Source of the DNA: a virus | Lineage: Duplodnaviria > Heunggongvirae > Uroviricota > Caudoviricetes | Direction: 5' to 3' (one strand) | DNA: 26,285 nt | Virus record (IMG/VR): IMGVR_UViG_2740892234_000017 | Coordinates: 1-26,285 of that record | Shown here: positions 17,818-26,285 of the stretch, piece by piece | Layout of the letters: each line of letters opens with the position of its first letter | Position numbering within the stretch: position 1 is the first letter of the stretch | Notes under the pieces: generated by a model | Seen by the model: the letters and a program-made list of their open reading frames with translations, nothing else | Databases searched by the model: none | Told to the model about the DNA's origin: nothing | Position numbers and translations under genes: made by a program

Positions 17818-18579
17818 CTACACCTTATTATTTTCAACTATTTTATGAATATCCATATCAAACCAAGAAACTTGCGAAATTTCTTTTAGTGGAAAGATGA
17901 TACTAGTATCAGCATCCTCAAGTTCTCTATATTCATTCACCAAGATTACTTTCAATGAATCCTTATCTCTATACCCAGAGATAATAGGATAGATTGAAAC
18001 ATACTGGTTAGGTCCTTCTTTCTCGTTAGGCTCACCTAATGCGTTAACAATTCCTACATATGTCTTTTTATTTTGCAACGTAATAAGTATTGAACGTCTA
18101 TCAACTAACGAATCAAAAAATATTTCATCCATTGGATTATCATTAATAAGCTCTTGCCTCATCCTTAGCATGACAAGATTCTCATAATCAATATTGGCAG
18201 CCTTTACCCCTTGGATATAATTTATAATTTTAGCTCTATATATAACCAAATATCTAGCACCGGCACTCCATATCCAAGCCAAAAATATCGATCCACATGA
18301 AAGTAAAATCATCCATCCTATGATTCTTTCAGTACCATTATCACTAAGTTTGAGATCTAATTGTTCCCGAACCATCGTGACAGGATGGAAGCTCGGACAT
18401 ATCCATTTTATTAAGTAAGCTATAATCAATGTCCATATAAAACACCACAGACCAAAGGCGGCTGACTTCATATATAACAACTGCCCATCATAACGGTGTA
18501 ATCTATAGAAATGATAAGGATGAGTGGTTAATACAATATAACCACTCACAAGTAATGGAATAATTAATAAAGCAAACAT
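17818..18579 (-). CDS. Hypothetical membrane protein with about three N-terminal transmembrane helices and a soluble C-terminal domain
   Basis: 253 aa. Hydrophobic segments at roughly residues 1-18, 39-57 and 87-103. AT-rich. Translationally coupled to the upstream 78-aa gene. No recognisable catalytic motif. Confidence 0.7.
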   Translation of the reverse strand: MFALLIIPLLVSGYIVLTTHPYHFYRLHRYDGQLLYMKSAAFGLWCFIWTLIIAYLIKWICPSFHPVTMVREQLDLKLSDNGTERIIGWMILLSCGSIFLAWIWSAGARYLVIYRAKIINYIQGVKAANIDYENLVMLRMRQELINDNPMDEIFFDSLVDRRSILITLQNKKTYVGIVNALGEPNEKEGPNQYVSIYPIISGYRDKDSLKVILVNEYRELEDADTSIIFPLKEISQVSWFDMDIHKIVENNKV

Positions 18580-18581
18580 TA

Positions 18582-18818
18582 TTAATTCCCTTTAGCCATT
18601 TTTTCTTCTTGCTTTACCTGCTCAGAAACTATTCTTCTTGCTTTAATTTTCATCAATTTTACTGTATCTGAGCTTGCCAAGTCTTCTTTAGACGTGATAA
18701 TCGCGCCTCGACCTACCACCTCAACAGTGTTTGTTCCAGATGCTTCAAGCCTCCTCGCCAGTTCTCTTTCCTTTTCAATGGCAGCTTTACCTATAATACG
18801 TTCAAATATATTCATCAT
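18582..18818 (-). CDS. Hypothetical small protein (78 aa), first gene of a two-gene operon with the membrane protein
   Basis: Strong ribosome-binding site (GGAGG-TTAA-ATG). Charged, probably cytoplasmic. Function not recognised. Confidence 0.65.
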   Translation of the reverse strand: MMNIFERIIGKAAIEKERELARRLEASGTNTVEVVGRGAIITSKEDLASSDTVKLMKIKARRIVSEQVKQEEKMAKGN

Positions 18819-19126
18819 TTAACCTCCACTTGATTGATGCCAAGATAGTAATCACCTCCTCACAATATCTTACCAACCTAACAATTAACAGAACACTGTG
18901 TATAAGTCCAGTATAGTTTAATTAATAAATTAGGCAAATCTATCAAAATGGTATTTTGTTAAAAATTCAGCTAACTCTGAGGTTGGTAAAACAGTCCACC
19001 AGATGTATCGCTAAAGCACTTAGAAACCACTATAACCATCCTAAGTGTACCAGTCAGTCTGTTTGTCTAATCGCATCACTATGCTCGTTATTCTATCCCC
19101 CGCCAATCCTGAGCTGGCTGCGTTCT

Positions 19127-19345
19127 CTATCGTCTGCGTGGTGGCGATGCAGCGCTGGACTGACCGATATAGCTAAGCCATACGTAATTATCCCGGACTA
19201 TTTCGGCACACCCGACTAGCTCATCGGGCGTCAGATTTTCGTTGACCATAATCTGCTGTAGACGGTGAACAATGGCCATCAGCTTGATATTTTTAGTTTT
19301 ATGGTGCGGTATCTCGCCTGGTATTCTGTGCATTATCCAAGCCAC
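19127..19345 (-). CDS. Small hypothetical ORF at the junction of the P2 backbone and the AT-rich cargo; may be a remnant of a displaced gene
   Basis: 72-aa ORF with backbone-like GC content. No recognisable motif. Weakly supported. Confidence 0.25.
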   Translation of the reverse strand: MAWIMHRIPGEIPHHKTKNIKLMAIVHRLQQIMVNENLTPDELVGCAEIVRDNYVWLSYIGQSSAASPPRRR

Positions 19346-19788
19346 CCGTTTTGCGGTGCACGCTCCATCTGTTCATCTGAATAGTTCCATGCTCCATCCG
19401 TGGCAACCATTGCCCCGCCAGACATCCCCGTCTCTGGTTCATACATAACAGCAAGGCCGAGCTGATGCATAATTTCATGATTAATTCTGAATACCAGACC
19501 ACGCTCACTAAGTTCTTTCCAGTTCACAATCTCATATGCGCCTGTATTAAGCAGCTCAATACTTAGCAAGACATAATCTTCCAGCCAATCTGACAGGTCA
19601 GTAACATCTGTTATCCGGGCTTCAACCTTTCGCCCCGTATACACACCCTGCACCCATTCATGCAAAATCAACGTGTCCCCGTGCTCATAATTACGGTCAT
19701 TTTTCCTAAACTCTGCGCGTTTCTTTCCTTCCAGCACAAGGTCGAAATATTTTGCGTGCAGCTTTACCTCGTGAATTTTTGCCATCAT
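19333..19788 (-). CDS. Hypothetical protein with an N-terminal ASCH-like / DUF3850-type domain, downstream of A
   Basis: Start set at the ATG overlapping the A stop (ATGATGG). MAKIHEVKLHAKYFDLVLEGKKRAEFRKNDRNYEHGDTLILHEW resembles the DUF3850/ASCH pattern as I recall it. 151 aa. Confidence 0.6.
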   Translation of the reverse strand: MMAKIHEVKLHAKYFDLVLEGKKRAEFRKNDRNYEHGDTLILHEWVQGVYTGRKVEARITDVTDLSDWLEDYVLLSIELLNTGAYEIVNWKELSERGLVFRINHEIMHQLGLAVMYEPETGMSGGAMVATDGAWNYSDEQMERAPQNGWLG

Positions 19789-22070
19789 GTCCACTCCATT
19801 ACTGTTGAGAATCCCGGCCACTCATCAGCGACCGGATACGTGAATTTTTTCCCGTCATAATTTACGGTTGCCCCACGCGCCAGCGCCTCAATCTCCCATC
19901 GCTGCGGCCTGATACCGTTCTGAGCAAGGTCAACGCGGATACGGGTAATTTGCGTTCGTTCCGACCGGGTCAGTCTGGCCGATGGCGCTATTTCATGTGG
20001 TTTTAACAGGCTTCCGTTTCTCTGCTGACGATTTGGTGTTCTCAGTCCGTGTTTTAATGCACCTCTGAGCGCCCTCACGACCTCTGGCTCATTCCATTCG
20101 ATAACACCGTCATCAACCAGATTAAGCACGGCTGCGGCATGTTCAGAAGGTGTGGGAACCGGTAACGAAGTATCACCACCGGAGAGCTTTCCACAGTTAT
20201 TGACAGGACTCCGAGGCGCGGCGATGCCGCTTTTTAAAGTCAAAGGCTCAACGACCGGAACTTTCGGCACGATGCGCCAGTCCGTCGTTCTGGTGATATG
20301 AATATGACGCGCGCCGAGATGCGGCGCGTAAATGCCGACCACTCTCTCGACTTCTTCCTCGTACTCGTTAACTTCATCCGACGGGCTACGGGCGACCCTG
20401 ACAGTCTGACAATCGCGCGGGACATTTGCCCCGCCCTGCGCGCTGATATACAACGCAAAATCGCCACTGTCTGCGGCGGCGCGTGCAGCCTCCACGCGTT
20501 CGTCAAATTCATCAGCAATGCTGACGCCGCGAGGCAATTTACGTAGCTCACGGTAAGCTCCCATTGTCGGCAGGCCAACCGTTTTAAATTGCGGGATGCG
20601 CCACGTTGACGCCCATGCGGTAACAGCCGCCGCAGTATCTTTCAGCGGTCTGCCGGTATCGTTATCGAGCTGACCATCCAGTGCATAGCCGTCGATATTT
20701 TTTGAAATGTATTTCGCGATATATCCCGCAGCACCGCCCCGGTTAAGGTGTTTTGCCTGAAAACGGTTTCGCGCGGCTCCTCTTTCGTCGCCATCCTCTT
20801 TGAGCGCATAGCGACGCATGATTTCGATAATCTGGTTACGCTGGCGTGGATTACAAAAAAGCATCATATGCCAGTGCGGCGTTCCGTCGTGGTGTGGCTC
20901 GACGACTCGCAAACCGTAGACCTGTAAATCATTATCCTTGAATGCCGTGCGCATCAGGCTCCAGATACGGCAGAGATAACGCTGCGCATCCTTTGGATTA
21001 AATGCCTCATCATTCCAGCCGTGATTAAGCTGGACGGTTTTATTTTCGCCTTTTCCAACCTGACGTGTCGGGTGATACTTTGACGGCGCGGTAAGCGTGA
21101 TAAACATCCCCACATCACCCTCTGAGGCGGCGTAACGCTCAATACCGGCAATGGTGTTCATCAGCTCCATCCGGCGAATTTCAGGATTAGAAATACTGCC
21201 CATCACCTTACTGATAAGGTCGATGCGCTCGCCGGTTTCCCTGTTTTCAAGGTCACACGATTTAAGAAATTCCAGATTTGCCTGGCGGCGCGCACGCACA
21301 TCACGAATGGCATGTTTACTGGCATAAGGTGAACGGTCTTTATTGACCTCCCCGACAGCAATCAGTAACGCCTCATGCCAGCGCATACGCTGGCCTTTAA
21401 GCTGACTAATCCACCACTCATCGTTAAACAGGCGGGCAATGGCAGAATATGCCTGCCTCGTGGTCATCTGTCCTTTACGGTATTTTTTCCAGTAGAGAGG
21501 GGAAATATTGAAAGCACGTGCAGCGCCAGCAACATGACCATACAGATGCGCCTGCGCCTCATCTGTAAACAGCGATTCTTTCTCGCCATGTGCATCAACC
21601 CATGCATCGCAAAGTTCCTCATACATCATGAAAAGCTGCGATGAGATACGGGCGGCAAACTTTTTCAGCTCCTTGTCATTCATCCCCGGCAGACGCGCAT
21701 AATGGTCACGCTCTGCCAGAAACAGCAACGACGCGTCGGTGTTCATTTCATGGCGCTGATTCACGCGCTCAATACGCGGCCATAAACGGCGCTGAAAAGT
21801 GGATGTGAGGAAATAAAACCCGTGCACCGGGCTTTTATTGCGCCGGATGTAGTCATAGCGTGAAGTAAACAGCGAGCGCAAAAAGTAAGGCAGGCGATTA
21901 ATCGTGGATAAAACACCTTGCACCTGACGCATCTCGTCACGTGTAAGGGGTCTTTCGCGCCCGACGGCCTCGCGTGGCGCGTTCCATGCATAAGCACCGG
22001 TAAACGTCTCACCGGTGCCTGCGGCAAATGCTGACGGAGGGACAAAACGCCCGGAGGCTTTAACGGCCAT
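19785..22070 (-). CDS. A: Replication initiation protein A (rolling-circle initiator)
   Basis: Start trimmed to MAVKASGRFVPPSAF, giving 761 aa as in P2 gpA. Contains the VVEPHHDGTPHWHMMLF and GYIAKYISKN regions typical of P2 A-type initiators. Confidence 0.92.
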   Translation of the reverse strand: MAVKASGRFVPPSAFAAGTGETFTGAYAWNAPREAVGRERPLTRDEMRQVQGVLSTINRLPYFLRSLFTSRYDYIRRNKSPVHGFYFLTSTFQRRLWPRIERVNQRHEMNTDASLLFLAERDHYARLPGMNDKELKKFAARISSQLFMMYEELCDAWVDAHGEKESLFTDEAQAHLYGHVAGAARAFNISPLYWKKYRKGQMTTRQAYSAIARLFNDEWWISQLKGQRMRWHEALLIAVGEVNKDRSPYASKHAIRDVRARRQANLEFLKSCDLENRETGERIDLISKVMGSISNPEIRRMELMNTIAGIERYAASEGDVGMFITLTAPSKYHPTRQVGKGENKTVQLNHGWNDEAFNPKDAQRYLCRIWSLMRTAFKDNDLQVYGLRVVEPHHDGTPHWHMMLFCNPRQRNQIIEIMRRYALKEDGDERGAARNRFQAKHLNRGGAAGYIAKYISKNIDGYALDGQLDNDTGRPLKDTAAAVTAWASTWRIPQFKTVGLPTMGAYRELRKLPRGVSIADEFDERVEAARAAADSGDFALYISAQGGANVPRDCQTVRVARSPSDEVNEYEEEVERVVGIYAPHLGARHIHITRTTDWRIVPKVPVVEPLTLKSGIAAPRSPVNNCGKLSGGDTSLPVPTPSEHAAAVLNLVDDGVIEWNEPEVVRALRGALKHGLRTPNRQQRNGSLLKPHEIAPSARLTRSERTQITRIRVDLAQNGIRPQRWEIEALARGATVNYDGKKFTYPVADEWPGFSTVMEWT

Positions 22071-22335
22071 ATGAGCCAAAAGCCTCTGAACAACGCTTGC
22101 TGAGTTGCTCAACCTGCGCGTTTAAATCAGCAAAAGACTTTGCGCTTCCGGTCAGAATATCGTGATGCATCAGGCCGGAAACGAGCTGGCTTAATTTCGG
22201 GTAATAACCAACCACCGCCAACCATTCCTGACCGGCGTTTTTACCGCTTTCAGCTCTCTTTTTCTCGTGGAGAATAAACTGAAAGCTGTCACTGGTAACG
22301 ACATAACGTTCGCCAATTTCAATACGAATACTCAT
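22060..22335 (-). CDS. Small early-operon protein (P2 orf80-83 region)
   Basis: 91 aa. Immediately upstream of A, as in the P2 early operon. Confidence 0.7.
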   Translation of the reverse strand: MSIRIEIGERYVVTSDSFQFILHEKKRAESGKNAGQEWLAVVGYYPKLSQLVSGLMHHDILTGSAKSFADLNAQVEQLSKRCSEAFGSYGR

Positions 22336-22556
22336 GCCGTTCTCCGGTAATGTTTGTTTTTTGCTTCAAAGACTGACTGGCAGGAAACACAACGCGTGGC
22401 TGACGGATAAGCCGCACGACGGGCAGCAGGTATTGGCGCGTCACACTCTTCGCAAACCAGCGCAGAAACACCGCAATGCTTTACCCTTGCCGCGTTAATC
22501 TGGCGCTCCAGTAATTCAGCCTGTTGTTCCTGAATAAAATCTACGTTGTCCGGCAT
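22332..22556 (-). CDS. Small early-operon zinc-finger protein (TraR/DksA-like C4 type)
   Basis: 74 aa with CEEC-X17-CVSC cysteine pairs. Position within the P2 early operon. Confidence 0.7.
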   Translation of the reverse strand: MPDNVDFIQEQQAELLERQINAARVKHCGVSALVCEECDAPIPAARRAAYPSATRCVSCQSVFEAKNKHYRRTA

Positions 22557-22861
22557 TACCAGCTCCTTTTGTCGTTAAGTTTTTTAAATTCATCAGCGCA
22601 ATAGCTGGCAATTTCTGTCGTTAATTTCGTCAGTTCATCCACGGAGGAGATTTGCTTGTGAAATACAGCGCGTTTAACAAGTAAATTGACCACATCAGAC
22701 AGGAGATTTAATTCGTTCTGATAAATCGCGATAACTGACTCAGTTATTTCGCGTTTTTCTTTATCAAGACCAAGTTGAATAAGAGATAAATCGCCATTTT
22801 TCATAACGGCGATTTTTAAGGCGTTATTCAGTAATACAACTGAACGAGAACAGGACATCAA
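22556..22861 (-). CDS. Small early-operon hypothetical protein
   Basis: 101 aa. ATGA-coupled to its neighbours. Confidence 0.65.
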   Translation of the reverse strand: MMSCSRSVVLLNNALKIAVMKNGDLSLIQLGLDKEKREITESVIAIYQNELNLLSDVVNLLVKRAVFHKQISSVDELTKLTTEIASYCADEFKKLNDKRSW

Positions 22862-23115
22862 AGCACCTCCCCGCGAGACAATCCGATATTGTGAAATTTT
22901 TCCGACTCCTGACTGAGCAGCTCGACTATCTCCACGCGGGATAACTCCGCCTTTGTGATGTGGCGAATCATGGCGTCAAGATGAGAAGAAAAGCGCGTCG
23001 CTGCGTCGGCCTGTGCTTCGGTTCTGGCCTGTTGCAGCAGTAATGCGTATTTACCGCACTGATTTTCAGAAACTGTATGCATGACTTTCTCCAGGCAAAA
23101 AGAAGCCCCGCACAA
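22858..23115 (-). CDS. Small early-operon hypothetical protein
   Basis: 85 aa. Position between B and the next small orf. Confidence 0.65.
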   Translation of the reverse strand: MCGASFCLEKVMHTVSENQCGKYALLLQQARTEAQADAATRFSSHLDAMIRHITKAELSRVEIVELLSQESEKFHNIGLSRGEVL

Positions 23116-23145
23116 TTAAGTGCGTTAAAAACTCTGGTTAATTAC

Positions 23146-23646
23146 TTAATGCAGATATTGCTCTGGTTTTACCGACGTCAGAATTGTCGGTGCATACTCA
23201 AACAGGCTGAATAATTCACGTAATGCACGGAATAAAGCATCACGCCAGTAACATGATTCTTCATTAATTCGCCAGTATGGCTGGTTGAATTCTTTTTCAG
23301 TCAATCCGGCATGCATAAATAAAGTACGACGCTGACTGACTGTTAAAAAACTAATATATGCATACTCACTTGCGCCAACCTGACGGCGTTTTGAGAATGC
23401 CCCACGCAATTCATCAATTGCACATACCAGTCGTTCACGTTCGACATCATTCATTTCTTCAAAACGCATCGTTGCGTGACGCTGTTTTAACTGCGCATGG
23501 AAGCAAACCGTTAGCCGTTCGCGTTCCATCATCTGATTATAATAATCGCATGTCTCCTGCCAGCGAGGGACGGCAAGATGCTTACCAATTATCCGGCGCA
23601 TAGCTGCTGGCTGTTTTTCGACGAGATTAAGCGTCATCACTGTCAT
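23146..23646 (-). CDS. B: Replication protein B (helicase-loader-like)
   Basis: 166 aa, the same length as P2 gpB. Position cox-small orf-B as in P2. Confidence 0.88.
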   Translation of the reverse strand: MTVMTLNLVEKQPAAMRRIIGKHLAVPRWQETCDYYNQMMERERLTVCFHAQLKQRHATMRFEEMNDVERERLVCAIDELRGAFSKRRQVGASEYAYISFLTVSQRRTLFMHAGLTEKEFNQPYWRINEESCYWRDALFRALRELFSLFEYAPTILTSVKPEQYLH

Positions 23647-23837
23647 TTCCAGACCCTCCGGCTTTTCAGAAAGGTCAGAGCCTTTTTTAACGGACTCTGT
23701 TTTTTGGTGCGGATAATGATTCCCTTACGCCCCTTACCGTGGGTGATGTTGAAGTCAATCGCCCTGGGGCTTTCGTTACGCAGTAACTGAGCAATACAAC
23801 GAGGCTCATTCATACGGTTCTCCTTAACGTGGTTCAC
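23643..23837 (-). CDS. Small early-operon hypothetical protein (P2 orf78 position)
   Basis: 64 aa, basic. Between cox and B. Confidence 0.6.
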   Translation of the reverse strand: MNHVKENRMNEPRCIAQLLRNESPRAIDFNITHGKGRKGIIIRTKKQSPLKKALTFLKSRRVWK

Positions 23838-24099
23838 CGAGACCTAACCACATCAACCAGCCGTCACGAATCTCTTTAGGGCGGCTTTCATAAGCCAGTT
23901 TTAGTCCGTTATTCCATGCCGGAAGGTATACCCAATATTCACCTGCACGACCTGAAGCTGATTGTGGATCGGTCATATCAATTACAGGCAGCTTTCCTTT
24001 ATCGATCATCCGACGAACCGCTCCTGTCGATTTTCCTATTAGTTTTGCGAACTCCTGATAAGGAATCGCATCAGTCATGAGTGTTACTTGCTTGCTCAT
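23824..24099 (-). CDS. cox: Cox: excisionase-like directionality factor and repressor of the lysogenic promoter
   Basis: 91 aa, the same length as P2 Cox. Divergent from C. Confidence 0.9.
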   Translation of the reverse strand: MSKQVTLMTDAIPYQEFAKLIGKSTGAVRRMIDKGKLPVIDMTDPQSASGRAGEYWVYLPAWNNGLKLAYESRPKEIRDGWLMWLGLGEPR

Positions 24100-24213
24100 G
24101 TCGTCCTCCAGCCCTCATGAATTGCGTTTAATGCCTTATAATGCCTTTTAGTGCCCACATCCAAGCACTAAACAATCTACATCTAAACTAAATACTATTG
24201 AGATCTAAACACC
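24100..24213. promoter_or_regulatory. Immunity switch region (face-to-face Pe/Pc promoters) with two 8-bp direct-repeat operator half-sites
   Basis: ATCTAAAC occurs as a direct repeat at 24181-24188 and 24203-24210, 22 bp centre to centre, the geometry I recall for P2 repressor C operators. A perfect TATAAT is at 24137-24142. Confidence 0.6.
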
Positions 24214-24513
24214 ATGTCAAACACGATAAGCGAGAAGATAGTCTTAATGCGAAAATCAGAGTATTTGAGCAGACAACAACTTGCTGATTTAACAGGGGTT
24301 CCGTATGGCACGCTGAGTTACTATGAAAGTGGTCGTTCAACACCTCCAACAGATGTCATGATGAACATCCTGCAGACCCCACAATTCACCAAATACACTT
24401 TATGGTTCATGACCAATCAGATCGCTCCTGAGTCCGGGCAAATTGCGCCCGCTCTCGCACACTTTGGGCAAAACGAAACAACGTCGCCCCACTCCGGTCA
24501 AAAGACTGGTTAA
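24214..24513 (+). CDS. C: Immunity repressor C
   Basis: 99 aa, the same length as P2 C. HTH-like segment LSRQQLADLTGVPYGTLSYYESG. Confidence 0.9.
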   Translation: MSNTISEKIVLMRKSEYLSRQQLADLTGVPYGTLSYYESGRSTPPTDVMMNILQTPQFTKYTLWFMTNQIAPESGQIAPALAHFGQNETTSPHSGQKTG

Positions 24514-24628
24514 CAATTCATCGTGAATATATTCATCACAAGTGCCTACTATTGGTGGCTAAATTTCAGCCACCACGAAAAAAGCGATTAGTAGTCGCCA
24601 AAAAACACACCACTCGGAGGGTTTTCTG

Positions 24629-25642
24629 ATGGCAATCAAAAAACTCGATGATGGTCGATATGAAGTGGACATCCGCCCTACTGGACGTAATGGAAAACGC
24701 ATCCGTAGGAAGTTTGATAAGAAAAGCGAAGCTGTCGCTTTCGAGAAATACACGTTGTACAACCACCACAATAAAGAATGGCTATCAAAACCAACAGACA
24801 AGCGACGTCTGTCGGAGCTGACACAGATCTGGTGGGATTTAAAGGGTAAACACGAAGAGCATGGGAAATCTAATCTTGGAAAAATTGAAATCTTCACAAA
24901 AATAACGAATGACCCATGCGCATTTCAAATTACGAAATCGCTTATCAGCCAGTACTGCGCCACCCGAAGAAGTCAGGGTATTAAACCTTCGAGTATCAAT
25001 CGTGATTTAACATGTATTAGCGGCATGTTTACAGCCCTGATTGAAGCGGAGTTATTCTTTGGTGAGCACCCTATCAGAGGGACAAAAAGGCTTAAGGAGG
25101 AAAAACCAGACACAGGCTATCTCACGCAGGAAGAAATTGCCTTACTGCTTGCTGCTCTTGACGGCGACAATAAAAAGATTGCGATTCTTTGCCTGAGTAC
25201 TGGAGCACGTTGGGGAGAAGCAGCTCGTTTGAAAGCAGAAAATATCATCCATAACCGCGTCACGTTTGTTAAAACGAAAACAAACAAACCACGCACCGTC
25301 CCGATCTCAGAGGCTGTTGCCAAAATGATCGCGGATAACAAACGAGGTTTTTTATTCCCTGATGCTGATTACCCTCGCTTCAGACGAACAATGAAAGCAA
25401 TAAAACCGGATTTGCCAATGGGGCAAGCCACACATGCACTAAGGCACAGCTTTGCCACTCATTTCATGATTAATGGAGGAAGTATTATCACGCTACAACG
25501 GATACTAGGTCACACGCGGATTGAGCAAACTATGGTTTACGCTCATTTTGCGCCAGAGTACCTTCAGGACGCCATTTCTCTTAATCCGCTAAGAGGTGGT
25601 ACTGAGGCCGAGAGTGTCCACACAGTGTCCACAGTAGAGTAA
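24629..25642 (+). CDS. int: Tyrosine integrase
   Basis: 337 aa, the same length as P2 Int. C-terminal catalytic region HALRHSFATH...LGHTRIEQTMVYAH (R, H-x-x-R, Y motifs). Located next to the att core. Confidence 0.92.
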   Translation: MAIKKLDDGRYEVDIRPTGRNGKRIRRKFDKKSEAVAFEKYTLYNHHNKEWLSKPTDKRRLSELTQIWWDLKGKHEEHGKSNLGKIEIFTKITNDPCAFQITKSLISQYCATRRSQGIKPSSINRDLTCISGMFTALIEAELFFGEHPIRGTKRLKEEKPDTGYLTQEEIALLLAALDGDNKKIAILCLSTGARWGEAARLKAENIIHNRVTFVKTKTNKPRTVPISEAVAKMIADNKRGFLFPDADYPRFRRTMKAIKPDLPMGQATHALRHSFATHFMINGGSIITLQRILGHTRIEQTMVYAHFAPEYLQDAISLNPLRGGTEAESVHTVSTVE

Positions 25643-25729
25643 CGTTTAAGGGCTTTCAGTGGTAATTTATGCCGCTCAAACCCGCATTGTACCGTTGAAA
25701 GCCCCTACTGGTGACACCCTAAATCTCCC

Positions 25730-25756
25730 TTACACGGGCTTATTTTTTTATGCATA
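25730..25756. other. Attachment core at the int-proximal prophage junction
   Basis: AATCTCCCTTACACGGGCTTATTTTTT is the reverse complement of the P2 27-bp att core as I recall it, and also matches the 3' terminator portion of the host sRNA CyaR that P2 attB (locI) overlaps. It lies 88 bp after the int stop. Confidence 0.75.
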
Positions 25757-25907
25757 AGCCCTATCTCTGGTAACCGTCTTCCATTGACCACATCGATAGA
25801 ATCCTCCTTCATAGCACGATGCCTTTCACTTATCGGCATCGTGCTCCCACAGGTTCCGGCTACGCACAGCCAGAACGCGCATATTTGACGCTTACCAAAA
25901 AATATTC

Positions 25908-26225
25908 TCACTCTCCACATTTGAATGTCAGACGAGCGACGCCATGTAATCCTGCACCTTCTGTCTTCAGGTCAACTATCTGCATTTTTTTGCCCTGAGT
26001 AACACAGAAATGGGCTGCATCATTTTTTACTATATTTTCTGCACCAGATATTCTGCTCCTGGCTAAAGAAGCTTCGGCTTCGGTGTAGTATTGGTTATCG
26101 AGTTTACGCTGAATATTACTTTTATATGCAAGACCAAATTTACCGATACTTGTCTCATCATTATGCACAGCACAACCAGACATAATAAAAATACTAATTA
26201 ATGATATAGCAGCTATCTTTTTCAT
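25908..26225 (-). CDS. Host lipoprotein just outside the prophage (tentatively YegR, from locus context)
   Basis: Start set at MKKIAAISLISIFIMSGC (signal peptide plus lipobox), giving 105 aa, with a GGGGGAAGG ribosome-binding site. The YegR assignment is only from my memory of the K-12 cyaR-ogrK-yegZ-yegR locus. Confidence 0.6.
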   Translation of the reverse strand: MKKIAAISLISIFIMSGCAVHNDETSIGKFGLAYKSNIQRKLDNQYYTEAEASLARSRISGAENIVKNDAAHFCVTQGKKMQIVDLKTEGAGLHGVARLTFKCGE

Positions 26226-26285
26226 CTCACCTTCCCCCATTAAATACCAACGACACTCTCTAGTGTTTAAATATAATAATGGCAT

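Noticed and set aside
18956-19219. 87-aa plus-strand ORF in the long intergenic region upstream of the small-protein operon
   Set aside because: No ribosome-binding site or motif, and it straddles the composition boundary between cargo and backbone. It is more likely promoter or junction DNA. The region 18819-19332 should still be checked for a small RNA.
24554-24574. Hairpin GGTGGC-N9-GCCACC between C and int as a terminator
   Set aside because: The stem is short and there is no U-tract on either strand, so the evidence is too weak to call a terminator.
25730-25769. tRNA or sRNA gene at the att site
   Set aside because: No cloverleaf-sized structured RNA is present. Only the 27-bp core (the terminator-like 3' end of CyaR) occurs here. 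The body of the sRNA would lie at the other prophage junction, outside this window.

Overview
Almost the whole window is a P2-like (Peduovirus-type) prophage in an E. coli-like chromosome. Reading right to left it runs from the int-proximal attachment core (25730-25756) and a host lipoprotein gene, through the immunity switch (int, C, cox), the early replication operon (B, small orfs, A), an internal cos site (14100-14118), the packaging/capsid genes (Q, P, O, N, M, L), lysis genes (X, Y, K, lysA, lysB, lysC) and tail/baseplate genes (R, S, V, W, J, I, H). Gene order and protein lengths match P2 almost exactly. The most interesting region lies between cos and gene A, where P2 carries tin/old: here it holds an AT-rich ~5 kb cargo island with an AAA+ ATPase plus subtilisin-like S8 protease operon (composition resembles the IetAS anti-phage system) and a convergent operon of a 78-aa protein plus a 253-aa membrane protein of unknown function. 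At the left edge an IS3-family element (partial, 1-411) has inserted about 100 bp past the tail-fibre gene H and truncates the gene that follows it. All calls rest on reading the ORF translations and the nucleotide sequence against remembered P2 biology; no database search was run.
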